From: Deltaproteobacteria bacterium
GTDB lineage: Bacteria; Desulfobacterota; Syntrophobacteria; Syntrophobacterales; Thermodesulforhabdaceae
Assembly: GCA_019309115.1 (NCBI GenBank)
Contig: JAFDGW010000006.1
Location: 13,157-77,156 of the forward strand
Direction: 5' to 3'
DNA: 64,000 nucleotides
Positions 7,967 through 16,617 of this stretch are shown piece by piece (position 1 is the stretch's first letter; each line of letters opens with the position of its first letter). The position numbers were made by a program, and so were the translations under genes. Below the pieces are notes generated by a model, which worked only from the letters and a program-made list of their open reading frames with translations, had not been told where the DNA came from and made no database searches.

Positions 7967-8872
7967 TTATCTTTCAACAAGACCCGCCTTGGAGCGATAG
8001 GTATCGGATACCAGTTCTTCCCTGCTTCCAAGTTCCGCCGTAATCATGGCAAGTATTATCAGGACCGCTCCGACAAGCTGTTGCCCTGTAAAACGCTCTC
8101 CACTGTACAAATAAGCGAAAATAGCACCGAAGACCGGTTCCATGCAGAACACGATGGCAACATGTGTAGGCGATGCAAAACGCTGAACAAAGGTTTGCAC
8201 TACAAAAGCAAAAATTGTAGCTCCAAAGACGCATACAACCAAAGCTAGGGCTGTACCCGGATAGTAAACAAACATTGGTTTTGACTGCGCATAAGCTATG
8301 ATAAAACTGCAAAGCCCTACGGTGAGCAGTTCTAAAGTAGTAAGCCACATAACGTCGTGCCTGGTGGCGTAAAGCCCCGTGAAGATTACATGAAAGGCAA
8401 CGCAAATGGCACAACCAAGTACGAGAAAGTCTCCTAGATTCACCGTGAATTTTCCACTGGTTGTAAGAAGAAAAAGTCCGAGCACGGCAAATAATATACC
8501 CGTCCACACACCGAAAGAGAGATGATTCCTGAACCACATGCGCTCAATAACCGGTACAAAAACAACATTCAAGCCCGTTATGAACGCAGCATTAGAAGCC
8601 GTAGTGTAAGCAAGTCCTAGCGTCTGAAAGGCAAAAGCTCCGAAGAGAAACAAGCCCAGAATGATTGATCTGACAAGCAAAAGCACACTGAAGCACCTCG
8701 GTCGGAAAAAACAAAATAACAAAAGACAGAGGCCACCCAGCAAAAAACGCTGGCTCAAAAAAACAAATACCGGCACGTGTTCAATAGCATCTTTTACCAG
8801 TGCAAAGGTGGTTCCCCAGATAAAAGTTACGAGAAGTAGAAGAATGTCGGCAGAATATTTGTGACTGACCAT
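7967..8872 (-). CDS. EamA/DMT-family transporter
   Basis: About 10 predicted hydrophobic helices in two EamA-like halves, 301 aa. Confidence 0.8.
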   Translation of the reverse strand: MVSHKYSADILLLLVTFIWGTTFALVKDAIEHVPVFVFLSQRFLLGGLCLLLFCFFRPRCFSVLLLVRSIILGLFLFGAFAFQTLGLAYTTASNAAFITGLNVVFVPVIERMWFRNHLSFGVWTGILFAVLGLFLLTTSGKFTVNLGDFLVLGCAICVAFHVIFTGLYATRHDVMWLTTLELLTVGLCSFIIAYAQSKPMFVYYPGTALALVVCVFGATIFAFVVQTFVQRFASPTHVAIVFCMEPVFGAIFAYLYSGERFTGQQLVGAVLIILAMITAELGSREELVSDTYRSKAGLVER

Positions 8873-9055
8873 TCAATCTCCACTTGACAGGTTTGGCGGA
8901 TATTTATGAAATTTTTACCTCGCGCTGTTTCCATGGCGAAAAGCTCAGTTACCATAGTAAAATAGCTCAGCGGTGGCAAGCAAAGAAATGTCTTGTGTTC
9001 ACATCATAGTTTGCTAATGTGTAACAGAAGTTGAAACAATTAAAGGTGGTTTGCC

Positions 9056-9208
9056 ATGCGGGATAAAGTCGAAGCCGTAGAGGTAAAGTGTCCCAAGTGT
9101 GGTATAACTTTAATTATCTACATACCTCAGGAAGAAATTCCTCTGTGTCCAGAATGCCATGTGAGAATGGTTATAAAAGAGTTGCTGGATGAAGGAAAGT
9201 CCTATTAA
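9056..9208 (+). CDS. 50-aa zinc-ribbon microprotein (below the ORF-track length cutoff)
   Basis: My own translation is MRDKVEAVEVKCPKCGITLIIYIPQEEIPLCPECHVRMVIKELLDEGKSY. It has two CxxC pairs, and AAGGTGG lies 6 nt upstream of the ATG. Confidence 0.45.
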   Translation: MRDKVEAVEVKCPKCGITLIIYIPQEEIPLCPECHVRMVIKELLDEGKSY

Positions 9209-9230
9209 CACCATGAAGGAGGTAGGAAGC

Positions 9231-10055
9231 ATGAGGGTCAAAAGTTTATTTGTGTTGTTGGTAGCTGTTGTTTTTGTTGTTGTTGCAGTGTTTGTTCAGG
9301 CTGCCGATTTTGAACTGGCGAAGAAATCAACACTGGAGCAAATCCTTAAACGAGGAGAACTTCGGGTTGGCTTCGAAGCAGGCTACATGCCCTTTGAAAT
9401 GACCGATAAAAAGGGCAATTATATTGGCTTCGACATTGACATAGGAAAAGAAATGGCAAAGGCAATGGGTGTTAAATTCGTTCCGGTAAACACGGCGTGG
9501 GATGGCATAATACCGAGCCTCATTACTGGAAAGTTTGACATCATCATGAGCGGCATGACAATTACCCAGGAAAGAAACTTAAAGGTCAATTTCGCCGATC
9601 CGTATATTGTCGTTGGACAGACTATTCTTCTCAATAAGAAATGGAAGGATGTTGTAAAATCCTACAAAGACCTTAACGATCCTAAGTTTACCATAACATC
9701 AAAACTTGGAACCACTGGAGAACAGGCTGTAAAACGCCTGATACCAAAGGCTAATTATAAATCCTTCGAGACAGAAACCGAGGCTGTAATGGAAGTGCTC
9801 AACGGAGAAGCCGATGCTTTTGTTTATGACCTCCCCTATTGCGCAGTCTTTTATGCTCAGCACGGCAAAGGCAAGCTGGTATTCCTCGATAAACCCTTCA
9901 CCTATGAGCCACTGGCCTGGGCAATAAACAAAGGAGACCCCGATTTTCTGAACTGGTTGAATAATTTTCTTCGTCAGATTAGAAACGACGGACGCTATGA
10001 ATACTACTACAACAAGTGGTTCAAAAGCACCGACTGGTTAAAAAACGTACAGTAA
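9231..10055 (+). CDS. Amino-acid ABC transporter substrate-binding protein (family 3 SBP)
   Basis: Signal peptide MRVKSLFVLLVAVVFVVVAV, then GFDIDIGKEMAKAMG and the GKFDIIMSGMTIT motif. The ATG at 9231 has AAGGAGG upstream. Confidence 0.85.
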   Translation: MRVKSLFVLLVAVVFVVVAVFVQAADFELAKKSTLEQILKRGELRVGFEAGYMPFEMTDKKGNYIGFDIDIGKEMAKAMGVKFVPVNTAWDGIIPSLITGKFDIIMSGMTITQERNLKVNFADPYIVVGQTILLNKKWKDVVKSYKDLNDPKFTITSKLGTTGEQAVKRLIPKANYKSFETETEAVMEVLNGEADAFVYDLPYCAVFYAQHGKGKLVFLDKPFTYEPLAWAINKGDPDFLNWLNNFLRQIRNDGRYEYYYNKWFKSTDWLKNVQ

Positions 10056-10097
10056 TTGACGACGGCCGGCGGCTTGTGAAAACTACTAGCCTGTGAA

Positions 10098-10118
10098 AGG
10101 CGGGAAAATTCCCCGCCT
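10098..10118 (+). other. Intercistronic hairpin between the SBP and permease genes
   Basis: aggcggg aaaattc cccgcct, a 7-bp stem without a U-run. It may act as an mRNA stabiliser or partial attenuator. Confidence 0.3.
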
Positions 10119-10183
10119 AAGTTCCGTGTAAAGCTTAGATCGAATGAACAATAAAAAGTTGAGGAGTGTAGGAAAACTGCGTC

Positions 10184-11191
10184 ATGGCTGAGAGAAAAGT
10201 TGTCAAACGAAGGAATCGTCATTATTTTCTGTGGATTGGGGTTTTCTGGGGGGTTCTCGCTCTGGGAATTGGTTTGCTGTACTTCTCAACTTTAAAGATC
10301 GAATACGTTTGGCGATGGTACAGGGTCCCTCAGTATTTCCTGTATAAAGCGAACATCGAAATAAGAGCCGACATTGATGGTGATGTTGTTTCCATAAAGC
10401 CACGATCTTCCGGAGTAATTGTTAAAGTAAAAGGGCCTTCTGATAGTGCCGAATATACTGTTCCTGATCAAAGCTACCTAAGAGTTCAGGAAGGAGATCA
10501 TGTCTTTCCCGGGGACATCATAGGAACTTACTCCAAATGGAAACCCGGATTGTTGTTAGTGGGCCTCTATACAACGCTGAAGGTTAGTATCATTGGTATC
10601 ATTTTCGGAATATTTATCGGTCTTGTGGCGGGCCTTGCCCGAATATCCGAAAATCCGGCATTCAAATGGTGGTCGATTGTTTACATTGAAATTATCAGGG
10701 GCTCCCCACTGTTGGTGCAGATCTTTATATGGTACTTTGTATTGGGCACCCTGATTAATACCCTGTTGGCAAAACAAGGTCTTCAACAGCTTCCCCCAAT
10801 TTACTACGGAGTGGCATCCCTGGCTTTTTTTGCAGGAGCTTACGTTGCTGAAATAGTCCGGGCCGGTATTCAGTCAATACATAGAGGGCAGATGGAAGCG
10901 GCGAGGTCCCTAGGGATGACTTACAGCCAGGCCATGCGCTATGTTATACTGCCTCAGGCCTTTAGGCGAATTCTTCCACCACTTGCCGGCCAGTTCATAA
11001 GCCTCATTAAAGATTCATCGCTCCTCGGCATCATAGCAATCCGTGAACTAACTAAGGCAACTCGTGAGATTGTGACAACAAGCCTCCAACCATTTGAACT
11101 GTGGTTCGTATGCGCCTTGCTTTATTTGATCCTTACATTTGGACTTTCCATGCTGATGCAATATCTTGAGAGGAGGTTTATAATAACGTGA
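10184..11191 (+). CDS. Amino-acid ABC transporter permease (His/Glu/Gln/Arg/opine family) with ~115-aa N-terminal extension
   Basis: EAA-loop motif [23 protein letters not shown], plus an extra N-terminal TM helix and soluble segment. Confidence 0.85.
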   Translation: MAERKVVKRRNRHYFLWIGVFWGVLALGIGLLYFSTLKIEYVWRWYRVPQYFLYKANIEIRADIDGDVVSIKPRSSGVIVKVKGPSDSAEYTVPDQSYLRVQEGDHVFPGDIIGTYSKWKPGLLLVGLYTTLKVSIIGIIFGIFIGLVAGLARISENPAFKWWSIVYIEIIRGSPLLVQIFIWYFVLGTLINTLLAKQGLQQLPPIYYGVASLAFFAGAYVAEIVRAGIQSIHRGQMEAARSLGMTYSQAMRYVILPQAFRRILPPLAGQFISLIKDSSLLGIIAIRELTKATREIVTTSLQPFELWFVCALLYLILTFGLSMLMQYLERRFIIT

Positions 11192-11919
11192 TTCGTGTAG
11201 AAAATGTTTCCAAAACCTTTTTTGTCCCCCATGAAGTAAAAGCCCTGGACGATGTGTCATGCAGCGTGAAGAGAGGAGAAGTGGTGGTGATAATTGGACC
11301 TTCTGGGTCCGGAAAAAGTACACTCCTCAGGTGTCTAAACCGCCTGGAATATGCCGACACAGGTCACATTTACATAGACGGTGTTGACGTGCTGGACCCG
11401 AAGACGGACATCAACAAACTACGTGCCGAAGTGGGCATGGTGTTTCAGTCTTTTAATCTCTTTCCACACAAGACGGTACTTGAAAACATTACGCTCGCAC
11501 AACTGATTGTAAGAAAACGCGCAAAAAAAGAAGCGATAGAAAAAGCCATGTTTCTTTTGGAAAAGGTGGGTATTCCGGAAAAAGCAAACGTATATCCTGA
11601 CCAACTTTCGGGCGGTCAGCAACAAAGGGTTGCTATAGCCCGGGCTTTAGCAATGGATCCGAAGGTCATGCTTTTTGACGAGCCTACATCAGCACTGGAT
11701 CCTGAGATGATCGGGGAAGTATTAGATGTTATGAAAGCTCTCGCTCAGGAAGGCATGACAATGGTGGTGGTGACGCATGAGATGGGATTCGCGCGGGAAG
11801 TGGCAGATCGTGTGATATTCATGGACCATGGTAAAATTGTTGAGGTTGGTACTCCGGAGCATTTTTTCACCAATCCGGAGCACGAACGCACCAAGTTGTT
11901 TCTCAGTCAGATCCTGTAG
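11188..11919 (+). CDS. Amino-acid ABC transporter ATP-binding protein
   Basis: Walker [10 protein letters not shown], signature [15 protein letters not shown], Walker [12 protein letters not shown]. It overlaps the permease stop by 4 nt. Confidence 0.9.
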   Translation: MIRVENVSKTFFVPHEVKALDDVSCSVKRGEVVVIIGPSGSGKSTLLRCLNRLEYADTGHIYIDGVDVLDPKTDINKLRAEVGMVFQSFNLFPHKTVLENITLAQLIVRKRAKKEAIEKAMFLLEKVGIPEKANVYPDQLSGGQQQRVAIARALAMDPKVMLFDEPTSALDPEMIGEVLDVMKALAQEGMTMVVVTHEMGFAREVADRVIFMDHGKIVEVGTPEHFFTNPEHERTKLFLSQIL

Positions 11920-11928
11920 GCATCCAGG

Positions 11929-13089
11929 TTATATGTACCTGTTGGCAAGCTCGTTGATAATTGTTTCAATGTCTTCATTAGCTTCCATTTGAAGATCTTT
12001 GAGTGTTCTTTCCAGCTTTGCTCGTATTTCAATGTCTCTAATTTGCCGAGGGTTTCTTAATACGCCTCCGCGCCTTCCAAGTCTGTATAGCAACCTGTCA
12101 TGATCAGGCATGTTTAGATATTCGTCAATCAGCTCGAGCATCTTCTCTTTATCCTGAGGAAAGGTTCCTTCTACCTCTTCCAGAAGATTCATGATATGGT
12201 CTGATGTTAAAGTGCTTGATATGCCTTCAAGATGTTCGATTATAAGGCGTATTTCCCGTACCACATCATCATCATGAAGAGGTACGAAGCGACCAGCTCG
12301 GACATCTTCGGCCAGTGGTACAGAATCTGGAATTCTGAGGCTTCGCAGTCTTATAAAATGTGGATTAATTTCGTTAAGTACCCTGGCGGTCTCGAGAGCG
12401 TGCTCCTTGGAATACTCTTTGCCGCCTAGGCCCGGCATAACGTATTCTGATAATTCCATTCCAGCTTCTACGACTTTACGCCCACCTTCTATGTGTTGTC
12501 TTGAGGTGGCGCCTTTTTTAACCATTTTTAGGACCGTGTCACTGCCACTTTCCATGCCTACATGAATCCGGTCCAAACCTGCATCTCTGAGTTCTACGAG
12601 TTCCTGTAAACTTTTCCTGGCTAGCGTACTACTTCTGGCATAAGATGTGATTCGGGTAATGCCTGGAATCTTTGCCTTGAGGTACCGGATTGCCTCTGCT
12701 AGCTCGTCACTTTTCATTATCAGGCTGTTAGCATCTTGAATGAAAACGTGTCCTGTATTCCAAAACAACCATGAAGCGACATGTCTATGGCATTGATTGG
12801 CACCCGGATCAGTCATTATATGGCGGACAACAGGCATCGTGATAGCACCACCTTCTCCAAGAGCCCATGATAGAGATTTAATCTCGTCTATTATCCGGGC
12901 TACAGTGTCAATGTCGGCCTTAATTTCGGCCAGGCTCCGTCTGCTGAACGTTGTACCCTTATAGACCGAACAGAAGGCACACTTATTCCACGGACAATTT
13001 CTGGTAAACCTCAAAAGAAGACTTGAAGCTTCACTCGGCGGGCGAATTGGACCCTGCTCGAAGGTCAAGGATTTTGTCAGCATGGACAT
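11929..13089 (-). CDS. Radical SAM protein (paralog of 42378..43253, with a C-terminal extension)
   Basis: GPIRPPSEASSLLLRFTRNCPWNKCAFC, with Cys spacing C-x4-C-x2-C as read. A TIM-barrel-like remainder is shared with the paralog. Confidence 0.75.
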   Translation of the reverse strand: MSMLTKSLTFEQGPIRPPSEASSLLLRFTRNCPWNKCAFCSVYKGTTFSRRSLAEIKADIDTVARIIDEIKSLSWALGEGGAITMPVVRHIMTDPGANQCHRHVASWLFWNTGHVFIQDANSLIMKSDELAEAIRYLKAKIPGITRITSYARSSTLARKSLQELVELRDAGLDRIHVGMESGSDTVLKMVKKGATSRQHIEGGRKVVEAGMELSEYVMPGLGGKEYSKEHALETARVLNEINPHFIRLRSLRIPDSVPLAEDVRAGRFVPLHDDDVVREIRLIIEHLEGISSTLTSDHIMNLLEEVEGTFPQDKEKMLELIDEYLNMPDHDRLLYRLGRRGGVLRNPRQIRDIEIRAKLERTLKDLQMEANEDIETIINELANRYI

Positions 13090-13232
13090 TTACAATCCCT
13101 CCATTTATTTGAAATTCCTGTCTGTTTCCCGGTGGACGCACCGAGTTGCTTTTGTCCTTGAGTATTTTTCCCATTTGAAGAATATAAGGTTGCTTTAGAA
13201 AAGTGAAATAATCAAGTGACTGGGGAGGTACT

Positions 13233-13565
13233 ATGGACGACAGGATTACGGCTGTGTACTTGATGGTCTGGAAGTCCGAACTAACGCCTGAGGACGAAGG
13301 CAGTTACGAAAGGCCTCTTGCCCGCCAACGGGAGTTTTTAACTGAATACATGAAGGAACACTGGGGAATTGAACCAGACGAAAACGTGCGATTTTACACC
13401 AGCCGAAGCGATCTGTTCTGGGATATAGAAAGACACCGAATAAAAAGGCTGATTGTTTACAGCCTTGACAGGTTAGCAGCCACCAGAGAGGAAATCGATG
13501 CCATTCTTTTTGAACTGGACGCAGAAGGAGTAGAACTCTTGGTAGCTCAAGATGGAAATTCCTGA
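13233..13565 (+). CDS. Hypothetical protein with a degenerate serine-recombinase (resolvase) catalytic-domain-like sequence
   Basis: AVYLMVWKSE aligns to the AIYxRVSTxxQ strand but has Trp where the catalytic Ser is expected. RLIVYSLDRLAATREE resembles the VVVxxLDRLxR helix. There is no DNA-binding domain. Confidence 0.3.
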   Translation: MDDRITAVYLMVWKSELTPEDEGSYERPLARQREFLTEYMKEHWGIEPDENVRFYTSRSDLFWDIERHRIKRLIVYSLDRLAATREEIDAILFELDAEGVELLVAQDGNS

Positions 13566-14402
13566 TTAAGAATCCGGCAGCCTTGATCCCCTACCCGTTC
13601 GAGGCTCCGGGATGTATTCAACCGACGGCATACGCCTTACCGGTTGTGGATACAAGGCCATGAGTTTGTAAACCGCTTCCGGCATGTCCGTTGACACTGG
13701 AAGACCCAGAGAAGAGGCAGTTTCAGGGGTTATCGGATAGTCGTGAGTCCAGTGCCCTTCGGTAAGCTTCCGCGCCACCTCACGGCTCCTTTCCGGACCC
13801 ATTTTATCTTCTATTAATTCCACTATGGCATCTTGGAGCTGTCGAATGGCCTTTTCTGCCATATCGGCGAGGATAAGTGTTTCGTCGTTTATGTGTTCAA
13901 TGGGCTTTTCTTTGATTACTTTTACCAGCGACGGGGCTGGATACTTGCCAAGCTGAGGGTCTAGTGGGCCCAGTACTGCATGAGATCCCATGTAAATTTT
14001 ATCGGCAGCCAGAGCAATAAGAGTGCCGCCACTCATGGCATAATGTGGCACAAAAACACTAACCGGAGCGGGATGTTTTTTTATTGCCCTTGCTATTTGA
14101 AGGGCCGCAAGAACAAGCCCACCTGGCGTGTGAATAATAATATCAAGCGGAACCTTTGGATCGGTCATGTGGATTGCCCTAATAACATCTTCCGAATCAT
14201 GGATGTCAATGTATCTCATAATGGGAAAACCTAAAAAACTCATTGTTTCTTGTCTATGAACCAGCAATATAACCCTGGAACCACGCTCAGACTCAAAGCG
14301 AGCTACCGCTTTCTGTCTCGTTGCATCGATAATCCTTTGACGCAACAAAGGCTGCAAAGAAATCATAACCAGGAACAACCAGAACAAGTCGGTGGGATTC
14401 AT
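13566..14402 (-). CDS. SDH-family ClpP-fold membrane serine protease
   Basis: N-terminal TM helix, then IIHTPGGLVLAALQIARAIKKH and MSGGTLIALAADKIYM, typical of the family. The start is set at the ATG at 14402, which has GGAGGAGG upstream. Confidence 0.65.
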   Translation of the reverse strand: MNPTDLFWLFLVMISLQPLLRQRIIDATRQKAVARFESERGSRVILLVHRQETMSFLGFPIMRYIDIHDSEDVIRAIHMTDPKVPLDIIIHTPGGLVLAALQIARAIKKHPAPVSVFVPHYAMSGGTLIALAADKIYMGSHAVLGPLDPQLGKYPAPSLVKVIKEKPIEHINDETLILADMAEKAIRQLQDAIVELIEDKMGPERSREVARKLTEGHWTHDYPITPETASSLGLPVSTDMPEAVYKLMALYPQPVRRMPSVEYIPEPRTGRGSRLPDS

Positions 14403-14422
14403 AAAACCTCCTCCCTTGCTGG

Positions 14423-15148
14423 TTAAGTTCTGTGTAAATACCGAACCGGAACCCACTCATCAGGATAATGTTGTCGGTATTTTCTATTAGCTTTCTTCAG
14501 CAGTGGTCCCATGATGACTCCCGTTACAAAGCCGCCAACATGAGCCCACCAAGCAATACCGCCGCCCGCTTCCGGCGCAATTATAGCCAGTGTGCCTGAG
14601 AAAAACTGGCTTAAAAACCAAAATCCAAGAAACAAAACAGCCGGCACTTCGATAATCCACGGGAAGAAAAAGATGGGGACAAGGGTTATCACGCGAGAGT
14701 AAGGAAACATGACGAAATAGGCTCCCATAACGCCCGCTATGGCTCCCGACGCTCCAATGGCTGGAACTATTGAGTGCGCATTGAAAACAATGTGAGTAAG
14801 CGATGCAACAATGCCACAGGTTATATAGAAAAAAGCATACCGCAAATGGCCAAGTCGATCTTCTACATTGTCGCCAAATATCCACAAAGTCCACATGTTG
14901 CCAACGAAATGTAACCAACCTCCGTGGAGAAACATATTGGTAAGAAACGGCCAGTAACTGAGCCCCTCTTCTGGCCAACCGGGATAGGTGTACCTGGCAG
15001 GCACAATGCCTAGATAGAATATCAGTTTTCTGAGCAAAGGCTCAGGTAACGACAGCTCTATCATGAAAAACAGAAGATTTATAAAAATGATTATCCATGT
15101 AACAAAAGGACTGCTTCTTCGCGGAATGGTATCATGCAGAGGAATCAT
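14423..15148 (-). CDS. Rhomboid-family intramembrane serine protease
   Basis: HGGWLHFVGNM, the catalytic GASGAIAGVMGAY, and the WWAHVGGFVTG His motif. It is multi-TM. Confidence 0.85.
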   Translation of the reverse strand: MIPLHDTIPRRSSPFVTWIIIFINLLFFMIELSLPEPLLRKLIFYLGIVPARYTYPGWPEEGLSYWPFLTNMFLHGGWLHFVGNMWTLWIFGDNVEDRLGHLRYAFFYITCGIVASLTHIVFNAHSIVPAIGASGAIAGVMGAYFVMFPYSRVITLVPIFFFPWIIEVPAVLFLGFWFLSQFFSGTLAIIAPEAGGGIAWWAHVGGFVTGVIMGPLLKKANRKYRQHYPDEWVPVRYLHRT

Positions 15149-15414
15149 TTTGGTCTTCCAAAGTTATAAAATTAACCATTCAAGGAGCCCCTCTCTACTG
15201 CAGCTTAAAAAGGTAGCTAAAGCTTGAAACAAAGTAAACAAAAATTCTTCCTCAGTCTCCACGGTAAGTAGAAAACGTAACCTCGGTATGCTTTTTATTT
15301 GAAGAAGCACTAAGAGGTTGGGGGTTGCGAACAAGCGAAAAAATGATTTGTTATTATCCCACCGTATGGCGCATAAGGTTACATCGTTAATAAAATAACC
15401 ATCAGGAGTAAGCA

Positions 15415-16617
15415 ATGCATGATACGGAAGTTGTAATTGTCGGGAGCGGGATTATAGGTCTCACAATTGCGAGGGAACTATTGAAGCGAGGGTGCGAAAA
15501 AATACTAATACTAGAGAAGGAATCTCAGCTTGGTGTGCACGCATCTGGAAGGAATAGCGGAATACTCCATGCCGGTGTCTATTACACCCCAGACAGCCTT
15601 AAAGCTAAATCGTGCCTGCGAGGAAATATGTTGATGTCAGAATTCTGTACAAAAAACCACCTTCCTTACCTCAAAACAGGCAAAGTCATCGTCGTAAAGT
15701 CAGAATCAGAACTGGAAACGCTGGCCGAATTAGAACGTCGGGCTAGGGCAAACGGTGCCAGCGTTGAAATGATAGACGAGAAAACCCTGAAAGAACTGGA
15801 GCCATCGGCCCGGACAGTAAAGAAGGCTCTATGGGTAAAAAACACGGCAACGGTTGATCCGAGAAAAGTCCTGGAAGCTCTGGCAAAGGAGTTCGAGTCA
15901 TCCGGAAAGGTAACGATCAGATTCAACTGTATGTTCAAAGGAGTAAAATCGTCGTTCGAAATAATCACTTCCTGTGGAAACGTAAGATTTGAACACTTCA
16001 TTAATTGTGCAGGTGCATATTGCGACTGTGTGGCTCATGCTTTTGGACTCGGTAAGGAATACAAAATTGTTCCATTCAAAGGTCTGTATTGGAAGCTTCA
16101 GAGAGATTGCGTTCTAAACGACACGATAAAAGGGAACATTTACCCTGTTCCGAACCTGCAAAACCCTTTTCTGGGTGTTCACTTTTCAAGAAACATTTAT
16201 GGCGATGTTTACGTGGGTCCAACGGCTATTCCGGCTTTCGGCAGAGAACACTACGGCGTAATCAGCGGCATTGACAGAGAAGCCTTGCAAATATTGAAGG
16301 CAAATGCAATCCTGTTCTTCAGGCATCCTCAATTCCGAAGCGTGGCAATTCATGAGCCACTGAAGTATCTGAAGCCCTTTTTCTACAAAGACGCTTCGGC
16401 GCTGGTTCGCGGCTTGAAACCTGGAGATCTTGTGCCATCTAATAAAGTTGGTATACGACCGCAACTCATTAACAAAAATACCCTGTCTCTGGAAATGGAC
16501 TTTGTCATGATTAAAGACGGAAACACTGTCCACGTTCTTAATCCAATTTCGCCTGCTTTTACTGCATCAATGGATCTGGCAGAAAAGGTGTGTAATACTC
16601 TGGAAAGCTCAGAATGA
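15415..16617 (+). CDS. lhgO: FAD-dependent oxidoreductase, L-2-hydroxyglutarate oxidase/dehydrogenase-like
   Basis: N-terminal VVIVGSGIIGLTIA Rossmann motif, and SGRNSGILHAGVYY typical of the LhgO subfamily. Confidence 0.65.
   Translation: MHDTEVVIVGSGIIGLTIARELLKRGCEKILILEKESQLGVHASGRNSGILHAGVYYTPDSLKAKSCLRGNMLMSEFCTKNHLPYLKTGKVIVVKSESELETLAELERRARANGASVEMIDEKTLKELEPSARTVKKALWVKNTATVDPRKVLEALAKEFESSGKVTIRFNCMFKGVKSSFEIITSCGNVRFEHFINCAGAYCDCVAHAFGLGKEYKIVPFKGLYWKLQRDCVLNDTIKGNIYPVPNLQNPFLGVHFSRNIYGDVYVGPTAIPAFGREHYGVISGIDREALQILKANAILFFRHPQFRSVAIHEPLKYLKPFFYKDASALVRGLKPGDLVPSNKVGIRPQLINKNTLSLEMDFVMIKDGNTVHVLNPISPAFTASMDLAEKVCNTLESSE

Noticed and set aside
7974-8537. 187-aa ORF overlapping the EamA transporter gene on the same strand in another frame.
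   Set aside because: It is Cys/Arg-rich low-complexity sequence with no motifs. The overlapping 301-aa frame gives a coherent 10-TM transporter.
14487-14978. 163-aa ORF overlapping the rhomboid gene in another frame.
   Set aside because: The rhomboid frame carries the catalytic GxSG and His motifs. The alternative frame shows no features.
15164-15415. 83-aa minus-strand ORF filling the divergent promoter region between the rhomboid gene and lhgO.
   Set aside because: Its start codon overlaps the lhgO ATG, it has no RBS, and it has no sequence features. It more likely occupies non-coding promoter DNA.
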